The notes beneath the pieces are model-generated. The model ran no database searches, was not told the origin of the DNA, and was given only the letters and a program-made list of their open reading frames with translations. Source: an uncultured Parachlamydiaceae bacterium (GTDB lineage Bacteria; Chlamydiota; Chlamydiia; Chlamydiales; Parachlamydiaceae). Taken from it: a DNA stretch of 64,000 bases. Location: positions 192,001 through 256,000 of the forward strand of contig CAVULX010000004.1 of the NCBI GenBank assembly GCA_963742415.1, in the 5' to 3' direction. Every line of letters starts with the position of its first letter. Position 1 is the first letter of the stretch. The position numbers were made by a program, and so were the translations under genes. This document shows positions 28,833-38,607 of this stretch, piece by piece.

Positions 28833-29411
28833 ATGAAACCTATTTTTTTTCTAACGGGAATTCTTTTCTCACTAAGCAACTTAACTCAGTTAAATGCACA
28901 TTGTCAGATGCCTTGCGGGATTTACCACGACGACATGGTATTTGATCAGATCGATCAATATATCGAAACAATGTATAAGGGGATCTCGGTTCTAAATGAC
29001 AGCAAATTTACCACTATCAAAGATAGAAATGAAACCATTCGTTGGGTCTTTCAAAAAGAAAAAGAATCCGACGAAGCCGCTAATTTAATCACGACATACT
29101 TTCTGCAACAGAAAATTAAACCGGATGAACCCGATACAGCTAAACGGCTCACGAGCGCTCATAAACTTCTTTTTTTAATGGTCGCCATCAAGCAGAATCC
29201 TGACCTTCAATCTGTCAAAGACTTTTCTAACGAATGGGAAAAATTCAAGCTTATGTTTCACCGTGAAGGGTATGAGTGCGACATGGAAAAAATAAGATTA
29301 AAAGAAGAGGAGAAAAAAAGGACCGAAAACCAAAATTCTGGTCACGACCATGACCACGACCATGACCACGACCACGATCATGACCACGATCATCCCCACC
29401 CTCATAGCTAA
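28833..29411 (+). CDS. sodN: Nickel superoxide dismutase with signal peptide and His/Asp tail
   Basis: Ni-hook HCQMPCGIY directly after QLNA; RBS GGAGGA at 28820; ends in (HD)8-HPHPHS. Confidence 0.88.
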   Translation: MKPIFFLTGILFSLSNLTQLNAHCQMPCGIYHDDMVFDQIDQYIETMYKGISVLNDSKFTTIKDRNETIRWVFQKEKESDEAANLITTYFLQQKIKPDEPDTAKRLTSAHKLLFLMVAIKQNPDLQSVKDFSNEWEKFKLMFHREGYECDMEKIRLKEEEKKRTENQNSGHDHDHDHDHDHDHDHDHPHPHS

Positions 29412-29418
29412 ACACAAA

Positions 29419-29490
29419 TGTGCCCGTGCCCTTGCCCCTGCTCGAATTTTTACCACACAGTAAGGGGAAGGGAGGGGCATGGGCGCGGGC
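29419..29490. repeat. GC-rich imperfect inverted repeat (GTGCCC units) after sodN; probable terminator
   Basis: gtgcccgtgcccttgcccct ... aggggaagggaggggcatgggcgc. Confidence 0.6.
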
Positions 29491-29601
29491 CAGGGTAAGC
29501 TCACGGTTTTTAACTATTCCAACAAGAAAAAGTATTGAAGAAATTGTATTGTCGGAGTATCCCTAAACCTGGCTGTACAATAATAGAGTATATGGATAAT
29601 T

Positions 29602-29898
29602 ATGACTAATAATAATCGTAAAAAAGAAAGTGTGAAAGGCTTCTTTATAGTAAGCAATGATAGAGGCTTGCACACCCGCCCCTCCACTGAAATTGTAAAA
29701 TGCGCGACTTCATTTAAATCAGACGTGACATTGATTTATCACAAAGTGGAGGTCAATGCTAAGTCTCTCCTGGGAATTTTAATGTTGGCAGCAACGAAAG
29801 GAGCTAAGATCCACATCAAGGCTACAGGGGAAGATGCCAGGCAAGCTGTCGATTCTTTATTAGACTTAGCAAAGCAAAATTTTAATATAAAATATTGA
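29602..29898 (+). CDS. ptsH: Phosphocarrier protein HPr
   Basis: GLHTRPS and VNAKSLLGILML motifs. Confidence 0.93.
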   Translation: MTNNNRKKESVKGFFIVSNDRGLHTRPSTEIVKCATSFKSDVTLIYHKVEVNAKSLLGILMLAATKGAKIHIKATGEDARQAVDSLLDLAKQNFNIKY

Positions 29899-29903
29899 AT
29901 TTC

Positions 29904-30314
29904 CTATTCTTCGACAGAGACAGTTTTTCCAAAGACGTCTTCCGTACAAAAAACAGGAACATTATTCATGAGGGCTAAAGTGATGCAATCACTAGGCCTA
30001 GCATCTATTTCTATAATATGGCGGTAGCTCTCCAAATTTTGCTCAAGAAATAACCGGGCATAGTAAACCGTGTCTTGCAAATCATTAATAACGACTTGCT
30101 TAATCCGGATATCAAGCCCTTTAAAAATCAAATCGATTAAATCATGGGTCAGGGGACGAGGTTTTTCAACTCCAGTCAAATACATTTGAAGAGTTTTTCC
30201 GATGCTCGGATCGGTATAAATAGCAAACTTTTTGCCCCTGGCTCCGAGAACAACCACCGTGTAAGAGCGGGTTTGCATGATTTTATCGAACGAAAGCTGG
30301 ATCAACTCAGACAT
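29904..30314 (-). CDS. Bifunctional nuclease (DUF151) family protein
   Basis: RPLTHDL and EIDARPSDCITLAL motifs. Confidence 0.9.
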   Translation of the reverse strand: MSELIQLSFDKIMQTRSYTVVVLGARGKKFAIYTDPSIGKTLQMYLTGVEKPRPLTHDLIDLIFKGLDIRIKQVVINDLQDTVYYARLFLEQNLESYRHIIEIDARPSDCITLALMNNVPVFCTEDVFGKTVSVEE

Positions 30315-30363
30315 AAGCCTACTCGTAACTTAACGTCATTCTATTAAGGATACTTTTTTTAGT

Positions 30364-31065
30364 CTATTGCCGAATTTCAACTTTGCCATCCGGAAAGCCG
30401 ACAACCACGCGCCCTGCCAAATGGAGAAAAAATCCCGTTTCTAGGACTCCAGGAATGGCTCGAATCCGTTCATGCTCCTTTTCAGGCTCCTTGCAAGGAA
30501 AGGGAAGGCGGATATCGACAATGTAATTTCCATTGTCACTTTTAAATAATTGGCCATCCGATTTTTTCCTCAAATCCCCTTGATAGCCTAGGTTCGCCAA
30601 CTTGGTTAATGTGGCAAGGCTGGCAAAAGGAAGAATTTCGACGGGCAAGGGAAAACGGCCTAATGAGGAGACGATTTTATTTGAATCTATCACGACGATC
30701 ATCTCTTTACTCATGCTGGCGATAATTTTTTCTCTCAGCAATGCCCCTCCGCCCCCTTTGATCATCCTTTTGGATGGATCAATTTCATCCGCTCCATCGA
30801 TGGTAAGGTCTAATGCAGTCACAGTTTCGATATCAAGAAGGGGAATCCCCCCCCCTTCGGCTTGTTTTCGGGAACGTTCCGACGAGGCGACCGCGAAGAC
30901 TTGCAATCCGCTTTTACATCTTTCAATAAGGGAATCAATGAAACACTGGGCTGTAGATCCTGTGCCCAAACCTAATAACATGCCGGGTTGAACTAATTCC
31001 GCAGCGGCTTTTCCGGCTGCTATTTTTGCGCGTAGATGGGGATCGCATTGCATGGTGTTTGTCAT
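30364..31065 (-). CDS. rpiA: Ribose-5-phosphate isomerase A
   Basis: GLGTGST, DGADE and IKGGGGALLREKI motifs. Confidence 0.96.
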   Translation of the reverse strand: MTNTMQCDPHLRAKIAAGKAAAELVQPGMLLGLGTGSTAQCFIDSLIERCKSGLQVFAVASSERSRKQAEGGGIPLLDIETVTALDLTIDGADEIDPSKRMIKGGGGALLREKIIASMSKEMIVVIDSNKIVSSLGRFPLPVEILPFASLATLTKLANLGYQGDLRKKSDGQLFKSDNGNYIVDIRLPFPCKEPEKEHERIRAIPGVLETGFFLHLAGRVVVGFPDGKVEIRQ

Positions 31066-31070
31066 GCAAG

Positions 31071-31385
31071 TTAAGTGGGAACAACGCGGCCGCTCAGCTT
31101 TTTCGCTGTCATTGGGGCACCCGTTTGTTGTTTGAGGTTTTTCATGAGGCTGCTAATAAATTTGCTCTTTGGCTGAACCGTATGTTTGTTTTCATCAAAT
31201 AAGGTGATGGTTTTGTCTTTTAAGTCAACACGCTCTTGTTCATGTCTGGCAATCCAATGTTGGATGACTTTTCTCATTTCTTGCAAAGCATGTTCATTAA
31301 TATGCTTATGCTCTTCAACAATTTGTTGCTTTAATTTCTTCCGGGCCTTCGCGATCTGTGCACTTTCTTTAGCTTTAGTGGCCAT
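31071..31385 (-). CDS. Hypothetical basic protein (~104 aa)
   Basis: AAGGAG RBS upstream of ATG 31385; co-oriented 5 nt upstream of rpiA. Confidence 0.65.
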   Translation of the reverse strand: MATKAKESAQIAKARKKLKQQIVEEHKHINEHALQEMRKVIQHWIARHEQERVDLKDKTITLFDENKHTVQPKSKFISSLMKNLKQQTGAPMTAKKLSGRVVPT

Positions 31386-31630
31386 AATCACTCCTTAAAT
31401 AGATTGCAACTCTCTACAATCTTTATTTTAGTTTTGTTCTATTTATTTCACAAGTTTTAAGCCAATTCCTTAAATAGCCCCAATTCTTGCAATAAAGAGG
31501 GGAGCCATGGGACCCTTTAAACTGCCCGGGGCAACGATGCACAAGATCTATTCTAGCTCATTGACAGAAAATAACTTAAACATCCATTATGGGACAGATC
31601 GTAAAGGCGTAGACAAGAGGATCAAAGAAG

Positions 31631-32905
31631 ATGGATAATGTCATAGATGTGCTTCAAGAAAGAGGCTTTATTGAAGCAATGACAAGCGATGAGATACGCA
31701 ATTTGGCCAAAAATCCCCTGAAAGTGTATTGCGGTTTTGACCCTACCAGCGATAGTTTGCACGTCGGAAATATGGTGGCGATGATGGGGTTGGCTTGGTT
31801 CCAACGTTTTGGACATACCCCCGTTGCCATCGTTGGGGGAGCCACTGGGATGATCGGAGATCCTTCGGGTAAAAGCTCCGAAAGGCAGCTCCTAGATGAA
31901 GCCACACTCCAAAAAAATCTCGCAGGGATCCGCAAAAATCTCGAGGCTTTTTTAGACTTTAACCACCCTGCCACAGGCCCCCTCTTGTTGAATAACCTGG
32001 ACTGGTTTAAAGACTTTTCTTTGATCGATTTTTTGCGTGAAATCGGAAAACACTTTCGGATCGGAATCATGCTGGCTAAAGAAAGTGTAAAGGCGAGATT
32101 GAATTCAGAAGAGGGAATGAGCTTTACCGAGTTTAGCTATCAACTCTTGCAAGGATATGATTTCCTTCATCTATTCAAAAATTATGGGGTCTCCGTTCAA
32201 ATGGGGGGGAGCGATCAATGGGGGAATATTCTCGCAGGGACCGAACTCATCCGCAAAATCGAGGGGGATACCGCTTATGGGATTACTTTCCCACTGCTCA
32301 CACGCAGCGACGGGCAAAAATTTGGGAAATCGGAACAAGGAGCCATATGGCTATCTCCTGAAAAACTATCCCCGTACGAATTCTATCAATATTTCTTCAG
32401 AATCTCCGACGCCGATGTGACCAAACTGATGCGGATGCTGACATTCATGGACTTGGCAGAAATCCGCCATTATGAAAAACTCATGTCGCAGTCCGATTAT
32501 GCTCCTAATACAGCACAAAAGCGTTTAGCAGAAGAAGTCACTCGCATTGTGCATGGTGAAGAAGGGGTCGTTTCAGCCCTTCGTGTGACCCGAGGGGCAG
32601 CTCCAGGGGCTTCAGCAAAATTAGATGCGGAGGTTTTAGAGGCAGTGGCTTCCGAAATGCCCAACATGACCCTCCCTTCCACAGAAATTGTGGGAATAAA
32701 ATTGATCGATTTGCTAGCAAAAACAGGGATGCAGCCCAGCAAAAGTGAAGCGAGAAGGCTCATACGCAATGGAGGCGTCTACATAAATAACGTCAAGGTT
32801 CTCGATGAAAATTGGATATTAGGATCCGAGCACTTGATCGAAGGGCGCCTTATATTATTGGCTCTAGGAAAGAAAAATAAATTGCTCATCCGTGTAGCCT
32901 TATAA
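31631..32905 (+). CDS. tyrS: Tyrosyl-tRNA synthetase
   Basis: YCGFDPTSDSLHVGN, GGSDQWGN, KFGKS and C-terminal S4 domain. Confidence 0.97.
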   Translation: MDNVIDVLQERGFIEAMTSDEIRNLAKNPLKVYCGFDPTSDSLHVGNMVAMMGLAWFQRFGHTPVAIVGGATGMIGDPSGKSSERQLLDEATLQKNLAGIRKNLEAFLDFNHPATGPLLLNNLDWFKDFSLIDFLREIGKHFRIGIMLAKESVKARLNSEEGMSFTEFSYQLLQGYDFLHLFKNYGVSVQMGGSDQWGNILAGTELIRKIEGDTAYGITFPLLTRSDGQKFGKSEQGAIWLSPEKLSPYEFYQYFFRISDADVTKLMRMLTFMDLAEIRHYEKLMSQSDYAPNTAQKRLAEEVTRIVHGEEGVVSALRVTRGAAPGASAKLDAEVLEAVASEMPNMTLPSTEIVGIKLIDLLAKTGMQPSKSEARRLIRNGGVYINNVKVLDENWILGSEHLIEGRLILLALGKKNKLLIRVAL

Positions 32906-32956
32906 ATGATTTACCGAGCAAAAGCAGATAATATCCCCAATGTGTAAAAATAATTC

Positions 32957-32984
32957 TTGAAACGAAAACACATTTAGATATGAT
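32957..32984 (+). promoter_or_regulatory. Putative sigma66 promoter of ihfA
   Basis: TTGAAA-16 nt-TATGAT, which implies a ~145-nt leader. Confidence 0.4.
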
Positions 32985-33136
32985 GTTGATTGCATCCAAG
33001 TTAAGAGGATGGTTTACAAGCCAGGGAGAGGATGTTTTACTCCTAAATAACGGATCCGTTCAAGGTTTGTAAAAAGTCTCTCATTTGAACAAACAAAGGT
33101 TTTTTCGCACTTTTTAATTCAAGGAGTTCTAAGCCT

Positions 33137-33463
33137 ATGGCAACACTTACGAAGAAAAGCACAATGACAAAGAAAAAATTGATAAATTCAATTTCACAGG
33201 ATAAGGGAATCCACCCCAACGATGTCCGTCATGTCATTCAAGCATTTCTTGATAAAATGACAGATTGTCTAACTGACGGCGCCCGATTGGAATTTAGGGA
33301 TTTCGGAGTTTTTGAGGTTGTCGAAAGAAAACAAAAAATAGGCAGAAACCCAAAAAAAGCTGCAGAACCTATTGTCATTCCGGCCCGCTTGGCAGTCAAA
33401 TTTACTCCAGGCAAAAAGATGAGAATGTTGATCGAAAATCAGCTTACTTCACATTCGCTCTAA
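33137..33463 (+). CDS. ihfA: IHF/HU family DNA-binding protein
   Basis: LEFRDFGVFEV, KIGRNPK and KFTPGK motifs; chlamydial context upstream of accA. Confidence 0.88.
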   Translation: MATLTKKSTMTKKKLINSISQDKGIHPNDVRHVIQAFLDKMTDCLTDGARLEFRDFGVFEVVERKQKIGRNPKKAAEPIVIPARLAVKFTPGKKMRMLIENQLTSHSL

Positions 33464-33621
33464 TTTGTATTCGCTTATGTTTACAATAAGCCTCGAGAAA
33501 AATGAGTAGATTAAAATAGCTGGTGTTATTTGTTTATTTATCCCGTTTTTTCTGCTTGCTCAATTTTCTCTTAGCCGATATTATGTAAGCGGAATTTTTT
33601 TTAATTCTAGAGTAGGGTGGC

Positions 33622-34641
33622 ATGACGCTTCCAAAATTTCTTGTTGTTTTAGCGCTCGTTTTATTTACAACTGTCGGAATCATGGCAGTAGTTAAAAAAA
33701 TAAAAAAGAAGCCCTCTACACAAGAAGTAATAAACGGGAAAAAAGGGATCGAAATTGACTTAAGCAAAGATCTTCCTCCCGAAACGACACGCAAAACTGC
33801 AAAAACTGAACCTGCCAAAGAAAGTCTCAAAGCGCTAACAAAAGCCGACGCGGAAAAGAATAAAAGTGTAAAACCGCTCCCCCATGCAGACCGGATCGAA
33901 GAGCTGTTTAACAAAGGGGAACCCAAACTGCCGATTGTGGAAACAATCACCTACCGGAGCCGCGTTTCCTGGCAAAAGGGGCGCCCTGCTTGGCTTTCCG
34001 ATTACGCCACATACTTTGCGACATCGCGCCATTTCATCTCCCGAAGTTTGTTAGGAAAACCTGAGTATTTTAAAAAAGATATCGCCGAAGGGGATCGTTT
34101 TAATGTCTTGAAAAAAGATAAAAACATCCAATTTTACTTACTGATCGACGTTTCCCGATGCCGTTTATGGTTCTACTATCTCGATCTCGATACCAACCAG
34201 AGGGTCTTTTTAAAAGATTATATAGTCGGATTAGGCCGAATCGATAGCGGGCAGGGTTCCGGCTCGCTGACACCCCTGGGTAAATATTCTTTAGGCGATC
34301 GCATTGCCATATACAAGCCCAAAATGACAGGTTTTCACAAAGGGCAAAAAGTTGAAATGATCCAAGTTTTTGGAACCCGCTGGATCCCTTTCGACAAAGA
34401 AATAAGCGATACGACCGCCCCCTCGAAGGGGTTTGGTATTCATGGAGTCCCATGGCAGGCTAATGGTAAGGGGGAGTTGGTAGAAGATCTAAGCAGCTTG
34501 GGAAAAAATTTGAGTGATGGATGTGTAAGGCTTTCGACCAAAGACATGGAAGAGCTGTTCTCGATCATTATCACACGCCCGACAATGGTTGAATTAGTGA
34601 AAGACTTCTATCAAGCTAAGGCGCCAGGCATAGAAAAATAG
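33622..34641 (+). CDS. YkuD-type L,D-transpeptidase with N-terminal membrane anchor
   Basis: TPLG, FGTRWI and GIHG...SDGCVRL (H-x-S-x-G-C catalytic motif). Confidence 0.82.
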   Translation: MTLPKFLVVLALVLFTTVGIMAVVKKIKKKPSTQEVINGKKGIEIDLSKDLPPETTRKTAKTEPAKESLKALTKADAEKNKSVKPLPHADRIEELFNKGEPKLPIVETITYRSRVSWQKGRPAWLSDYATYFATSRHFISRSLLGKPEYFKKDIAEGDRFNVLKKDKNIQFYLLIDVSRCRLWFYYLDLDTNQRVFLKDYIVGLGRIDSGQGSGSLTPLGKYSLGDRIAIYKPKMTGFHKGQKVEMIQVFGTRWIPFDKEISDTTAPSKGFGIHGVPWQANGKGELVEDLSSLGKNLSDGCVRLSTKDMEELFSIIITRPTMVELVKDFYQAKAPGIEK

Positions 34642-34660
34642 GGGTCTAATAAAATTAGGA

Positions 34661-35620
34661 GTGTTGCCTTTGGATATTCTTCCTCATGAAAAACAAATCC
34701 ATGAGTATATCAAAACAATTGAACATCTGAAAAAACAGAATAAAGACAACCCGTTGTTCAATAATGAAATTATAAAGCTGGAACAAAAGCTGCAGAAACT
34801 TAAGCAAAAAGTCTATTCTGAGCTCACCCCGTGGCAGCGGATCATGATTTGCCGCCATCCGGCCCGCCCCCATGCCATCGATTATATCAAAAACATTAGC
34901 GAAAATTTTACAGAGTTGTGCGGAGACCGCCTTTTTAGTGATGACCGCTCCTTGGTCAGCGGCTTCGCGACTATTGGGGGGCAAAAATTTATGGTTTTAG
35001 GGCAGGAAAAGGGGAACGATACTGAAAGCCGCATCAAACACAATTTTGGAATGATGAACCCCGAAGGTTATCGCAAAGCCTTGAGACTCATGAGGTTATC
35101 AGAAAAATTCCAGCTGCCGGTCGTCTGCCTCATCGACACTTCCGGAGCCAATCCGATCCTTGAAGCGGAAGAGCGTGGGCAAGGGTGGGCGATTGCTTAC
35201 AACCTGCGTGAAATGGCCCGCATTGCAACTCCCATCATTGTCGTCATTATCGGGGAGGGATGCTCGGGAGGGGCTATAGGGATAGGCGTAGGCGATTCCA
35301 TTGGGATGTTAGAGCATGCCTACTATTCCGTTATTTCACCAGAAGGGTGCGCCTCCATATTGTGGAAAGACGTGAATAAAAAAGGGGAAGCAGCTGCAGC
35401 CCTTAAGCTCAATGCAGAAAACCTATTAGATCTCCATATCATCGACGCAATCATTAACGAACCTTTAGGGGGAGCTCACCACGATCCCGCCACAGCTTAT
35501 CAAAATGTAAAAAAATTCATCCTAGAACAATACCCCCCTTTAAGCATGATCCCTCGTGAACTCCTTCTTGAGCAGAGGTACATGAAATTCCGCAGAATGG
35601 GACAGTACGCCAATGGCTAA
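34661..35620 (+). CDS. accA: Acetyl-CoA carboxylase carboxyltransferase alpha
   Basis: RHPARP, NFGMMNPEGYRKA, IGEGCSGGA and YSVISPEGCASILWK motifs. Confidence 0.97.
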   Translation: MLPLDILPHEKQIHEYIKTIEHLKKQNKDNPLFNNEIIKLEQKLQKLKQKVYSELTPWQRIMICRHPARPHAIDYIKNISENFTELCGDRLFSDDRSLVSGFATIGGQKFMVLGQEKGNDTESRIKHNFGMMNPEGYRKALRLMRLSEKFQLPVVCLIDTSGANPILEAEERGQGWAIAYNLREMARIATPIIVVIIGEGCSGGAIGIGVGDSIGMLEHAYYSVISPEGCASILWKDVNKKGEAAAALKLNAENLLDLHIIDAIINEPLGGAHHDPATAYQNVKKFILEQYPPLSMIPRELLLEQRYMKFRRMGQYANG

Positions 35621-35623
35621 CGG

Positions 35624-37540
35624 ATGAAACTTCTATTTCAACTCGCATTAAAAAATCACCAACATCGTTTACTGCTAGGAATCACAATCCTGGCCATGTG
35701 CTTTCTCACAATAGCGTCCCAACTTGAAATATTTGCTCTTGGCATTATCACAAAGAAAGGGCCCGATTTTTTTGAACTTTTTGCTCCCATGAAAGAAGAC
35801 AAGCTTCAAAAAGTACGCAAGATCACTTGGGAGGAAGTTGTCCAACGGTGGAAAGAGATCGATCCAGAAGGGCTGGGGTATGTTACGCCAAATGAAACCG
35901 CCCAATTTTTGCTCCACGCAAACAGTGGAAATTTCATAGACCGCGTCATCAATAGGATTAACGACATTTTTCCCATTTCGGGAAACCTGGCCAATTTGGC
36001 GCTCTTTATTGTCTTCATCGCTTTATTCAAGGCTTCGATGTTGTTTAGTCATCGCTTTACGACCCGAATTGTGGCTATCCGTGTCAGCCGCGACTTAAGG
36101 CAGGAATATTTTGAGCATATTCAATCCCTTCCTATGGAATTTTACCACCAGTACAATATTGGCAGCCTTTCTTCCCGTGTTGTCGGAGATGCAGCCTTGA
36201 TCGCAGAAGCTGTCAACGCGTGCCTTGTCAATTACTTACAGACCCCGTTCACTGTTTTGACGACCTTAACGTTGTGTTTTTTAACCTCCTGGAAACTTTC
36301 ACTCATCATTTTTTTTGGATTTCCCTGCCTTTTATTTCCGATCATCTTCTTAGCTCGGCGGGTCAAAAGGATCTCGAAACAGATCCAACAAAATCAAGAA
36401 CGGTTTAGCAATGTCCTGATCGAATTCCTGGCTGGGGTGCAAACAGTCAAAGTTTTTGCGATGGAAAACTTCTCTTTGAAAAAATACAAAGAGCAAAATC
36501 ACCGCATGGCTTCCTTAGAACAAAAAAGCGCCCGGTACGACTTGTCCACGCGTCCTATCGTTCATACTATCGGGATGTTTTTCCTGGCGACGGCACTCCT
36601 CTATGGTCTCTATGTTTTACAGATGGAAGTATCGGAGATCCTGTTTTATTGCGGCCTTCTGTATGTCTTTTACGAACCCATAAAAAAATTTGCGGAAGAA
36701 AATAGCCATATCCAGCGGGGGATTTCTGCGGCCGAAAGAATGCTTGAGGTCATGGGACTTAAACCCCAAATTGAGGATCACCCAAATGCCCTCAATTTAT
36801 CTGAATTTAAGCATTGTATTGAGTTCGATGACATTTGGTTCCGCTATCAAAATGAATGGATATTAAAAGGGGTCAGCTTTAAGGTCTCTCGCGGAGAAAC
36901 CGTCGCCCTCGTTGGGCCTACAGGGGCAGGAAAATCGACCATCGTCCAGCTTCTTCCCCGGTTATACGATATTCAACAAGGGGAAATCCGGATCGATGGC
37001 AAGCCGATCACATCGTTTACACAAAAGTCGTTAAGGGAACAGATTGCGTTTGTTCCGCAAAAGCCTTTTTTATTTCTCGATACCGTAGCCGCCAATATTG
37101 CCTATGGGCGCGACTTTACTTTTGAGGAAATTCAAATGGCAGCGACCAAAGCCCACGCAGAAGAGTTTATCTGCAAGTTGCCTCAAGGTTATGAAACAGA
37201 GCTTTCTGAAGCAGGGAAAAATTTATCCGGCGGACAGCAACAGCGGCTAGCCATCGCTCGCGCCTTAGTTAAGCAAGCCCCCATTCTCGTGATGGATGAG
37301 GCGACCTCTTCACTGGATGCAGTCAGCGAAAACCACATCAAAATGGCCATACAACAGTTGCGGGGGCAAATGACTCAAATTATTATTGCTCACCGCCTAT
37401 CCACGATTGAAGATGCAGATAAAATCATTTATTTGGAAAAAGGGGAAAAGGTGGCCGAAGGAACAAAAGAGGAGCTTTTAACCTCATGCTCAGGATTCCG
37501 CCTCATGTGGCAAATGCTGCACCAAGGTCATAACGCCTGA
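35624..37540 (+). CDS. msbA: MsbA-like ABC exporter (TMD+NBD)
   Basis: GPTGAGKST, LSGGQQQR and DEATSSLD motifs; follows accA as in chlamydiae. Confidence 0.82.
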   Translation: MKLLFQLALKNHQHRLLLGITILAMCFLTIASQLEIFALGIITKKGPDFFELFAPMKEDKLQKVRKITWEEVVQRWKEIDPEGLGYVTPNETAQFLLHANSGNFIDRVINRINDIFPISGNLANLALFIVFIALFKASMLFSHRFTTRIVAIRVSRDLRQEYFEHIQSLPMEFYHQYNIGSLSSRVVGDAALIAEAVNACLVNYLQTPFTVLTTLTLCFLTSWKLSLIIFFGFPCLLFPIIFLARRVKRISKQIQQNQERFSNVLIEFLAGVQTVKVFAMENFSLKKYKEQNHRMASLEQKSARYDLSTRPIVHTIGMFFLATALLYGLYVLQMEVSEILFYCGLLYVFYEPIKKFAEENSHIQRGISAAERMLEVMGLKPQIEDHPNALNLSEFKHCIEFDDIWFRYQNEWILKGVSFKVSRGETVALVGPTGAGKSTIVQLLPRLYDIQQGEIRIDGKPITSFTQKSLREQIAFVPQKPFLFLDTVAANIAYGRDFTFEEIQMAATKAHAEEFICKLPQGYETELSEAGKNLSGGQQQRLAIARALVKQAPILVMDEATSSLDAVSENHIKMAIQQLRGQMTQIIIAHRLSTIEDADKIIYLEKGEKVAEGTKEELLTSCSGFRLMWQMLHQGHNA

Positions 37541-37560
37541 AATGTCTAAATAAGGATGAA

Positions 37561-38256
37561 ATGAAAACACTATCTAAAAAAGCGATCGTGATCCACTCAG
37601 GTGGTATGGACTCCTCTTTATGTTTAGCTTTAGCGATAAATGAATTCGGAAAAGATCAAGTCCTCAGTTTATCGTTTTTTTACGATCAAAGGCATCCCAA
37701 AGAATTAAATCAAGCGGAAAAGATATGTCGAAAATGGGGTGTGGACCATACGGCAATCCGCCTCGATTGTTTAAAAGAGATCACCTCCAATGCTTTGATC
37801 GATCACAGCATCCCAATCAAGCCCGAACCCCTCGAGCCCCCCAATACACTTGTTATCGGACGAAACGGACTTATGGCCCGCATAGGAGCTATCCACGCCA
37901 ATCATATAGGGGCGCACTGCATTTATATGGGTGTGCTTGGCTTGGAGGGAGCCAATAGCGGCTATAGAGATTGTTCCCGCACCTACATGGATTTAATGCA
38001 AAATATTTTGCGGATCGATTTGGATGATCCCACGTTCGAAATTCGCACCCCCTTGGTCGATATGACGAAAAAGGAAACGATGGATCTCGCTCATTCTTTG
38101 GGTGTTCTGGACTATTTATTGCAAGAAACGATTACCTGCTACGAGGGAATTATTCATGCAGGCTGCAAAAAATGCCCAGCCTGTGCCCTTCGCAACCAGG
38201 GAATCTATGAATTCATTAAAGAAAATCCAAGCTTTGCATTACCCTATTTGATTTAA
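37561..38256 (+). CDS. queC: 7-cyano-7-deazaguanine synthase
   Basis: SGGMDS, YRDC, TPL and TCY..GCKKCPACALR motifs. Confidence 0.93.
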   Translation: MKTLSKKAIVIHSGGMDSSLCLALAINEFGKDQVLSLSFFYDQRHPKELNQAEKICRKWGVDHTAIRLDCLKEITSNALIDHSIPIKPEPLEPPNTLVIGRNGLMARIGAIHANHIGAHCIYMGVLGLEGANSGYRDCSRTYMDLMQNILRIDLDDPTFEIRTPLVDMTKKETMDLAHSLGVLDYLLQETITCYEGIIHAGCKKCPACALRNQGIYEFIKENPSFALPYLI

Positions 38257-38324
38257 TTTAATATTTAAAAATCATTATTTTATTTTTTAATTCAATTAAT
38301 TTATAATTAGATTAGAACTAAATA

Positions 38325-38594
38325 ATGGTATTTTATATGTATCCTATTTCCCCTAGGCATCACGAAAGATTAGCCCCTTTGCACCCTCTATCTCCCAAAC
38401 AGAGTCATCAAAAAGAGAGTGGCGAACTTTTCATTCTTCCTAAACAAAGTGGAATCGAGAAATCACATTCCAAAATCGACCCTTCAACGACCATCAAAAT
38501 TGCCTTGAGGGAGGTCCATCACATGAATGAAAAAACGTTAAAATCTTTGGCAACGATGCCATTTTATCAATCCTTAGCCTCTTATCTTCAATGA
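38325..38594 (+). CDS. Hypothetical small protein
   Basis: ORF after an AT-rich spacer, ending 1 nt before the next ORF; Ser/Pro-rich N-terminus. Confidence 0.45.
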   Translation: MVFYMYPISPRHHERLAPLHPLSPKQSHQKESGELFILPKQSGIEKSHSKIDPSTTIKIALREVHHMNEKTLKSLATMPFYQSLASYLQ

Positions 38595-38607
38595 GTTGGA
38601 GAATTAT

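Noticed and set aside
31480..31630. T-box riboswitch upstream of tyrS
   Set aside because: No T-box consensus or terminator; a TTGACA at 31561 implies a short leader
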